NCBI GenBank assembly: GCA_018658715.1
Contig: JABHUQ010000006.1
Span: 12,904 to 76,903 of the forward strand
Direction: 5' to 3'
DNA from: Fidelibacterota bacterium
GTDB lineage: Bacteria > Fidelibacterota > Marinisomatia > Marinisomatales > UBA1611
Length of the DNA: 64,000 nt
The translations under genes were made by a program, and so were the position numbers. The notes under the pieces were generated by a model. The model ran no database searches. It was not told the origin of the DNA and saw only the letters and a program-made list of their open reading frames with translations. Positions 58,401-64,000 of this stretch are shown here, piece by piece. Position 1 is the first letter of the stretch. Every line of letters starts with the position of its first letter.

Positions 58401-58724
58401 TTAGGAAATATTGGAAGCGGGTTGCCCTACACGCCTACAGATTCCAGAGGGCGTCCTATCGACGAACCCAATTCAGGTCGAATGCCGCCTACTGCAAATT
58501 TCAATATGAAAGCATTTTATGATTTACCTGTGAAAAAAACAAAAGCTCGGATATTTATGGATATTACAAATTTGTTTAATAATCAAAATGTGCTTCGCGT
58601 TTTCGGAAATTCAGGACAACCAGATGTAAACCTAAACCCCAATATATCCGCTATGTACTTGTGGCGTCCATACTATTACAGTTCGCCTAGGCATATTGAA
58701 ATTGGCTTAAGTGTAGGAATGTAA
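55431..58724 (+). CDS. SusC/RagA-like TonB-dependent receptor with an N-terminal carboxypeptidase-regulatory-like domain (paralog 2)
   Basis: GGAGGA 8 nt before the ATG at 55431 (the track start 55377 is unlikely). GKLTGIITDITTGDPLIGVNIVL...YTVSASYIGYKT and a plug domain (IHFRGGRTGEVTFLVDGFVVED). D/N/W-rich inserts. Confidence 0.85.
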   Translation: MKKTLLFFIILSFLFAGDTGKLTGIITDITTGDPLIGVNIVLKNTTMGTASGENGNYSIIHISAAKYTVSASYIGYKTIIVQDVIINANHNTQLNFKMAISAVEGEEITVEAERSIIVRDQTATTITMEGEKLENMPINSFEDAMTTMAGVIENDNSESGIHFRGGRTGEVTFLVDGFVVEDALFGDMGMDVSRNAISELSVITGAFNAEYGEAMSGVVNIVTKEGRSDYSWNIRGVTDNLFNSDFNDWDQSRIEGTLSGPLLPFKPDWATFFVSADRLNTRTSLWKNKLPFNVWKDVNDDGIDGNWVDLNEDGIEDENEIDTLAMADINLDGVPDILKEGTIEQTGAYRLQDRINAKVVLHPVSKLKLTIGYNQFTKESKSFSMDYRQIPNRSGIDFDKSSDLQIKASYAISENMYITARYQDHKTESWYGYEPLLTKNHELESRIIEIPEDWGGFTPETVPAGDEYLWLGYYAEPYADMNGDGVWSVYSAEWWDDENGNAVWDNDETYNDWNNDSTWNVYNWADDNQNGIWDEEEAILSDEYWDIQSDSRSTDPNEYDWGVDARLREGDAYDNTSNYEFYGNYNIYNIYGDSIREGISTMHDYTWYKSNYNSFGGDITWQVNKRHQLKAGFEKKSYDLARFAAYGIGGGYFGNSGDPSFIMYEHQPESQSWYIQDKIEYNDVVVNIGIRMDKLDPKSQYPDPTRELGYYYTESGETIWIEPSDVGSLTDEDVDGLGWGYLNRDDDGNIVGGMPAPNAEIKSQFSPRLGIGYPITDKVAFHFSYGHFYQFPDLYYMYNYGNQEGNSIAAPGWSENANSMAQNNNLYGNNLFPFPYNLSDWYIPEVGSPNISPQRSVQYEMGLRTWIGEHYVLSSTLYYKDLFDYAASRIYDADPQQYAVFENMDYANSRGFEISLEKLFSNNYSWYINYAMARAEGNAPNSSYHWDVAYLESVYGWRDYNRTFTMDWDQTHTINLGVDYQHPKGLGINVLGNIGSGLPYTPTDSRGRPIDEPNSGRMPPTANFNMKAFYDLPVKKTKARIFMDITNLFNNQNVLRVFGNSGQPDVNLNPNISAMYLWRPYYYSSPRHIEIGLSVGM

Positions 58725-58726
58725 AC

Positions 58727-61700
58727 ATGAAAAAATATTTAATCCTTACCTTGTTACTTAATATAACAATCCATGCAGGAAATCCATCAACAGGACTTTC
58801 TAAACGTGAATATTATAATCAATTTATTGCGCCATCAAAAGGGCGTGCTCCGCTTGCTAAACCTGCAGCTTATGACGATAGAAAGCGAAGCGTCCTTGAC
58901 AAGGGGAATATGGTTTTACGTTTATCCAATGCAGCTATTTATGGATACGATCGATGGGGATTAAACCATGAATTCCCTGCGGGGAGTATGATGACAAATG
59001 GGTGTTGTACTTATTACTGGACTCAAGCGCCAATGGTTGGTGCACTTAAAAATGGTGTCCCTTCTGTTTCGGTGGGTGTACGTGGCTCTGTCCGAGATTC
59101 AGAAGAAGAGTTTGAACCTCTACCTGGATATGATGCCGGATATAGCGACACGGATCAAAATATTGGAATTGCATTCAGCGATATGGAACAATCTTGGCCA
59201 GCCCAATGGCCAATTGAAGCAGATCCAACAGGAACATTTGCATCCGTTTTGTATGATGCAAACGGGAATGCAAATGATACACTTTATTTCCCGGGAGTTG
59301 AACCTGAACTTGGACCTGAGGGTTTTCCTGATGCCCCATGTTGGTTGGGTGTTCAGGCAGATAGAGAAGCTTATTTTGTTGTAACAGATAATGACCCAAC
59401 AGAGGGAAATACATATGCCAGCAATAATGGTGTTGGACCGCTCAACGTTAGGATCGATACGTGGGTATTAAATTATGCAAATACCTTTGGAAATGATGGT
59501 CTCATTTTTATTCAAAAAATGACAAATGTGGGAAAAGATACCTTAAGAGATTTATATTTCGGAATTGCGGGCGATCCAGATGCGCCCGAACAAGGAAGTG
59601 CAGAGTGGACAGATGATTTATGTATGCTCATTTCTGCGGATGATCCTCATATTGCAGAAAAATTATCCGATACAACAGATGCTCATTTACTCGAAAATTT
59701 AGCTATCGTTTGGGATCCGGATGATGAATCATCTGGATTTGTTTCATCGGGACTTGGATGGATTGGGCTCAAGTTTCTTGAGTGTACAAAATACAATATG
59801 GATGGGTCAATTCAACCATATGATATTTCAACATTTTATACGTATGAATATAGTGAAGATTCCCAAAGCGATAATGATGCATACAATATACAAATGAGCC
59901 ATGGGATTCAAGAACCTCACAACGTAGAACCTCCAGCGAATGATTTATTCCAAAAACCCTATTCTTATGGCCCCGATATAACGTGGATTATTGCTGCAGG
60001 CGGACCAGAACAAGTGACAACAGATGGTGATACTATTCCTGAAATGGCTGTGGCCCCGGGGGAATTTGTTATTTTTACATTTGCCGATTTTATGGGAATT
60101 AATGAAGCGGATTTATTAAGGAATGCAAAAGTTTTTCAATCGTTATATGACAACAATTGTGCTAGCCCTCAGCCACCAAAACCACCTGTTGTGCACGCTG
60201 TTCCGCAAGATGGAAAGGTGGCATTGTTTTGGGATAATAGAAGCGAGCAATCCATTGATCCTGTCACAGGAAATAATGCATTTCAGGGGTATCGAATTTA
60301 TCGAAGCTCAGATAGAGGAAATACGTGGGGTTCTGTGGTTACAGATTTTAATGGTAACCCAACTGATTTTTATAAACCACTGGCTATTTTTGATAAAATG
60401 GATGGAATGAGCGGAGCCTATGCTATGTCTGATCCGCTCATTTATTATAATTTGGGAAATGATGATGGTATCCAATATTCATATATCGATCAAGACTTGG
60501 TCAATGGTTACGAGTATTGGTATTCAATTTCTGCTTATGATGGACCAGATGATTGGTCTGGCGCTGTTGTAGACCCAATGGAAAATGCAAAGGTAAAAAA
60601 TGCATTTATTGATGGTGATAATACTATTTCTATTGTACCTCAAGGTAAATCTCTTGGGCATGAAATTGGTGATAAAAATATTACACATACCGGGTCTGCA
60701 AATGCCATATTAAATGCGATAGATGCAGAAGCCTTTGTTTTTGAATTTTTAGGTGAAGATGAAGTTAGAGAATCAGATTTTGTAAGTAAAGGTTATACCT
60801 ATTCTGTTGACTTTTTTAATGATGGTGTTGCCATTGATTCTTCGGATGAAAATAGTGCAAACTGGGATACGACCACTTTTCCTTATTGGACCCTTACGAA
60901 TACAACAACCAGCGAAACGATTGTAAATCAGGACCCAGATGTTGAGTCGGGACAAATGAAGTATGTGGTTGATGGATTTATTCCTGTATTTAGTGATGCA
61001 TCGTTTATAGTTAGTGGACCAGACACGGTGTTTCAAACCATATTGGATAGCGTTGCTTCCAATTTAGCATTTATGGGCGGAGGTGCGTCTGGGCCAGATA
61101 ATCCTTCTTGGGGCGGGTTTGTAGATTATTTATATGGTAATTATCCAGCATCAGCAGGCTTTTTTCAACCATCAGGAATTATAAGTTATAAAGAATTGGG
61201 TATAGATTTACAAATTCGCTTCATAGAGTCAGGATCCATCGCTTCTTATTATAATTTAAATATATTAAGAGGAAATGCCGAGCCGGACACGATTCAATTA
61301 CCCATTGAAATTTGGGATACGGAAAACGATCAAAGGTTGAACATCGCAGTGTATCAAGTTGCTGGTAATTCAAAGCCGTCTCCGCCATGGGGAAGAGATA
61401 GTTCCGTTGTGATAGACTCTATTTTCACAGATACTGATACAACATTAGATTCGTCTTGGGCTCACTACTATAAGTTAACGACTAACTTACAAATCATTCC
61501 TATTCATGATGTATATACTGGATCATCTGAACCATATCATTTTGCAAATGATGCAGATTTGATGGGTTGGGTGCTCAATTTTAATACAAATAACTTACAC
61601 TTTAATTATGGGGACATGTTGGATATGGTTTTCCCAAATCCAATTGTACCAGGAGAAGATCAATTTGAAATTATTACCACGGAAGATGGGACTTCGCCTG

Positions 61701-61996
61701 ACTTAGATTTAAGTGAAATTTTAGTCGTCCCAAATCCTTATGTGGTAACTTCAGCTTATGAGTATATACAATATCAAAAGGAAATTCAGTTTACCCGACT
61801 TCCTGAAGAATGTATGATTCGTATTTATAATTCTGCCGGAGAATTAGTTCAAATCCTAAACCATAAAAATGGAAGTCCTGGTTATCGAGGAGCTAGTATC
61901 GAAGCATGGGATTTACGAACATATAATAATCAAGATGTAGCTTTTGGGGTTTATATCTTCCATGTGGTATCTGGGGGATTGGAAAGTTTGCGGTGA
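58727..61996 (+). CDS. 1089-aa secreted protein of unknown function with a CTD-like C-terminus (giant protein, paralog 2)
   Basis: The start is 2 nt after the TBDR stop. Signal peptide present. Blocks shared with paralog 1 include IRFIESGSIASYYNLNILRGNAEPDTIQLPIEIWDTENDQRLNIAVYQVAGNSKPS. CTD-like end VVPNPYV...IRIYNSAGELV...FGVYIFHVV. Confidence 0.6.
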   Translation: MKKYLILTLLLNITIHAGNPSTGLSKREYYNQFIAPSKGRAPLAKPAAYDDRKRSVLDKGNMVLRLSNAAIYGYDRWGLNHEFPAGSMMTNGCCTYYWTQAPMVGALKNGVPSVSVGVRGSVRDSEEEFEPLPGYDAGYSDTDQNIGIAFSDMEQSWPAQWPIEADPTGTFASVLYDANGNANDTLYFPGVEPELGPEGFPDAPCWLGVQADREAYFVVTDNDPTEGNTYASNNGVGPLNVRIDTWVLNYANTFGNDGLIFIQKMTNVGKDTLRDLYFGIAGDPDAPEQGSAEWTDDLCMLISADDPHIAEKLSDTTDAHLLENLAIVWDPDDESSGFVSSGLGWIGLKFLECTKYNMDGSIQPYDISTFYTYEYSEDSQSDNDAYNIQMSHGIQEPHNVEPPANDLFQKPYSYGPDITWIIAAGGPEQVTTDGDTIPEMAVAPGEFVIFTFADFMGINEADLLRNAKVFQSLYDNNCASPQPPKPPVVHAVPQDGKVALFWDNRSEQSIDPVTGNNAFQGYRIYRSSDRGNTWGSVVTDFNGNPTDFYKPLAIFDKMDGMSGAYAMSDPLIYYNLGNDDGIQYSYIDQDLVNGYEYWYSISAYDGPDDWSGAVVDPMENAKVKNAFIDGDNTISIVPQGKSLGHEIGDKNITHTGSANAILNAIDAEAFVFEFLGEDEVRESDFVSKGYTYSVDFFNDGVAIDSSDENSANWDTTTFPYWTLTNTTTSETIVNQDPDVESGQMKYVVDGFIPVFSDASFIVSGPDTVFQTILDSVASNLAFMGGGASGPDNPSWGGFVDYLYGNYPASAGFFQPSGIISYKELGIDLQIRFIESGSIASYYNLNILRGNAEPDTIQLPIEIWDTENDQRLNIAVYQVAGNSKPSPPWGRDSSVVIDSIFTDTDTTLDSSWAHYYKLTTNLQIIPIHDVYTGSSEPYHFANDADLMGWVLNFNTNNLHFNYGDMLDMVFPNPIVPGEDQFEIITTEDGTSPDLDLSEILVVPNPYVVTSAYEYIQYQKEIQFTRLPEECMIRIYNSAGELVQILNHKNGSPGYRGASIEAWDLRTYNNQDVAFGVYIFHVVSGGLESLR

Positions 61997-62000
61997 TCAA

Positions 62001-63077
62001 ATGAAGAAATTATTATTTATCTTAACAACGATTGCGGTCCTAAACGGACAATTTGATAATGCATCAACATCGGCGGCTAATTTTTTAAAGGTGGAAGTGG
62101 GCGGGCAGGCCGCAGCAATGGGTGGTGCCTTCACGGCACAAGTAAATGATGTGTCGGCTTTATTTTGGAATCCAGCCGGAATAACTGGAATCGGAAAATC
62201 GGAAGTAATGGTAAGCCAAACAGAGTGGATTGGGGATATTAACCATAATTATCTTGCTGCCGCAGTTAAGTTTGGTAGTCAAGGTTATCTTGGATTAAGT
62301 ATTAACCAAATGGCTTATGGCAACATGACCCGTACTACAGAATTTTCACCTGAAGGAGAGGGCACTTTTACCGCGAATGATTTATCGCTAGGCTTAGCTT
62401 ACGGCACCCGAATCAGCGACAAATTTTCAACGGGTATTCAATTCAAAATTATTCGCGAAACGATCTCCTTTTCGAGTGCTAATGCGGTAGCTGTTGATGT
62501 TGGTTCTCAATATACAACATCATTTTCGGGGTTAAAAATTGGAATGGCAATAACAAACTTCGGAAGCAAAATGACACTATCAGGCACCGACCAAAAAGTG
62601 GATATTGATGCTTATGAAGATTTAAATGGCAATCCAGATGTTATTGCTCAACTTGGCACAGAACAATGGTCGCTCCCAATGACATTTAAAGTTGGGCTCT
62701 CCTTTTCTCCTGTTGGGCCAGATGCGCTTATAAAACAAGAAAAGTTGAGCTTAACTGTGAATGCAGAATACAGTGACCCAAGAGATTTTAATCCAATTTA
62801 TATGGCTGGAGCCGAACTGACAATTATGAAATTGCTTTATCTCAGAGCGGGTGTTAAAAATACTTTTTTGAGATATCCCGATGATTTAGATGATGTATCA
62901 GATAAAGCCTTATCCGACTATGAAGAAGGTAAATATATTAATCGATTTTCAATGGGGTTTGGATTATCCTCAAAGAATTTCCCATTCATTCCCTATCGCT
63001 TAAATCTGGATTATGCCTATTCGGATTTAGGGTTATTGGGTTGGGTTCCGAGACTAACGTTAAGGATTAATTTTTGA
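62001..63077 (+). CDS. PorV/PorQ-family (FadL-like) outer membrane beta-barrel, paralog 2
   Basis: ATG at 62001 (MKKLLFILTTIAVLNG signal peptide). TSAANFLKVEVGGQAAAMGGAFTAQVNDVSALFWNPAGI matches the family signature. C-terminal ...LTLRINF. Confidence 0.7.
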   Translation: MKKLLFILTTIAVLNGQFDNASTSAANFLKVEVGGQAAAMGGAFTAQVNDVSALFWNPAGITGIGKSEVMVSQTEWIGDINHNYLAAAVKFGSQGYLGLSINQMAYGNMTRTTEFSPEGEGTFTANDLSLGLAYGTRISDKFSTGIQFKIIRETISFSSANAVAVDVGSQYTTSFSGLKIGMAITNFGSKMTLSGTDQKVDIDAYEDLNGNPDVIAQLGTEQWSLPMTFKVGLSFSPVGPDALIKQEKLSLTVNAEYSDPRDFNPIYMAGAELTIMKLLYLRAGVKNTFLRYPDDLDDVSDKALSDYEEGKYINRFSMGFGLSSKNFPFIPYRLNLDYAYSDLGLLGWVPRLTLRINF

Positions 63078-63305
63078 CAACTATTTTAAAAATGTAACAA
63101 CAGATATTTCTCTCGTTTTTATTGGTGCTTGGTCTCCATAAGCTCTATACAATAATTCGGAATATCAGCGGTATTAACACATTCTAAATTGTCTGAGTAC
63201 ACATTATTAAATAGGGGTGAAATCAATAATACTATATAGTAAGAATCGGCTGATAGGAACCAAATTTATTCAATTTAAATATTGTTTTAAATTCTTACGA
63301 CAAAA

Positions 63306-64000
63306 TCACTTTCGATCCCACGCCCACTGGAAATCCATAAACGGAACCCACGTTTCGGCCATGGGTAAATAGGGCAATATATGTGTATCTGTTCCAAATG
63401 GATATTCTCCATGGACTAACTTATACCCTAAAGAAATACGGAAATAATCGTTTTTGTTCCAACTAATCATTCCTTTATGCTCTACAGCAAAGGATCCTTC
63501 CATTCCGGGAAGAATCTGAATATCTGCATCTAATAAATAATGAATTTTTTCCGTGACTTTTCCTGTAAAATCAATACCTGTTCTTAATCCATAGCCATTA
63601 TATAATGGAGCAAACCTATGGTATGCTAGTGGCAAATCTATAGTCGATCCTTTTGAAATATTTTCCGCGGCCAATCCAAGTGACACGCCTAGTTTAAATG
63701 TAATATTATATGGTTTTTGTTCTTCCCAGGTAAATAACAATTCATTATAAATGATGACTGCTGCAGGAAAGGTAAATTCAGGAGAAATAATGCCTCCTGT
63801 CCCCTGCCTTGCTAACATATTCAGCAAAGGAGTTGGGTATGAAATTGAGTGTCTAGATGAAACATCAAATTCCCACCAAACATTTCGTGTTTTTTTAAGG
63901 CTCACATTAGGCATCATAAAGAAATAGACAGGATGTGTGGACCATTCTCTTCCTCCAGAAACGCCAATCCTAAGCGGTTGAAATAATCCAATTTCTATTC
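63306..64000 (-). CDS. Hypothetical protein, probably an outer-membrane beta-barrel; the 5' end lies beyond the window
   Basis: The reading frame stays open upstream of the track start (…SGGREWSTHPVYFFMMPNVS…) to position 64000. It shows an alternating beta-strand-like pattern. No family recognised. Confidence 0.4.
   Translation of the reverse strand, partial: IEIGLFQPLRIGVSGGREWSTHPVYFFMMPNVSLKKTRNVWWEFDVSSRHSISYPTPLLNMLARQGTGGIISPEFTFPAAVIIYNELLFTWEEQKPYNITFKLGVSLGLAAENISKGSTIDLPLAYHRFAPLYNGYGLRTGIDFTGKVTEKIHYLLDADIQILPGMEGSFAVEHKGMISWNKNDYFRISLGYKLVHGEYPFGTDTHILPYLPMAETWVPFMDFQWAWDRK

Noticed and set aside
61994-61996. TGA recoding (an alternative genetic code) as an explanation for the early stop in giant-protein paralog 2.
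   Set aside because: TGA closes several well-conserved genes at their expected ends (ispF at 14482, the amidohydrolase at 36994, the PorQ-like gene at 4675). The standard code therefore applies. Only local readthrough or mutation remains possible.
1-64000. CRISPR arrays, IS elements or transposases, integrases, prophage genes, toxin-antitoxin pairs, rRNA genes.
   Set aside because: None seen on either strand. The only repeats found are the short ones listed as features.

Overview
This is an AT-rich bacterial chromosomal segment, roughly one-third GC by eye. It has no rRNA genes, CRISPR arrays, IS elements or integrases.

Lineage (inference only): the gene content points to a non-Bacteroidetes member of the FCB superphylum, possibly a marine Marinimicrobia-like lineage. 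The evidence is type IX secretion (T9SS) C-terminal sorting domains, PorV/PorQ-like barrels, SusC-like TonB-dependent receptors (TBDRs) with carboxypeptidase-regulatory N-domains, and rpsF-rpsR-rplI without ssb.

Layout:
- 1-27.4 kb: an unbroken minus-strand block of housekeeping genes. In map order (low to high coordinate) these are pepC (partial), a DoxX-like gene, plsC, mutY, marR, a lipase, a PorQ-like barrel, priA, rplI-rpsR-rpsF, a membrane pyrophosphatase, pth-ctc-prs, tRNA-Gln, ispE-ispF-ispD, queA, ruvB, a Cys/Met PLP enzyme, a transketolase-like gene, uvrA, an SH3-like secreted protein with motB-motA, and a rhomboid protease.
- 27.6-32.2 kb: a small, decayed-looking accessory patch. 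It holds an orphan ORF, a secreted PHP hydrolase, a DUF819-like membrane protein, a truncated GH53 galactanase, a membrane orphan and a tRNA-Ser 3' fragment.
- 33-44.6 kb: recO and proS, then a plus-strand envelope/housekeeping operon (amidohydrolase, trmH-like, CPBP protease, mgtE, GT2, two orphans, a degenerate aroQ-like gene, an M23 peptidase), then a convergent PPIase.
- 44.7-63.1 kb: the stand-out region. Two mirror-image, divergently transcribed paralogous cassettes each encode a SusC-like TonB-dependent receptor, then a ~1100-aa T9SS-CTD protein of unknown function, then a PorV-like barrel. One arm carries an extra 783-aa CTD cargo gene.

I propose this region as a candidate SusD-less, T9SS-coupled surface capture and uptake system. 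That is a hypothesis from sequence reading only.
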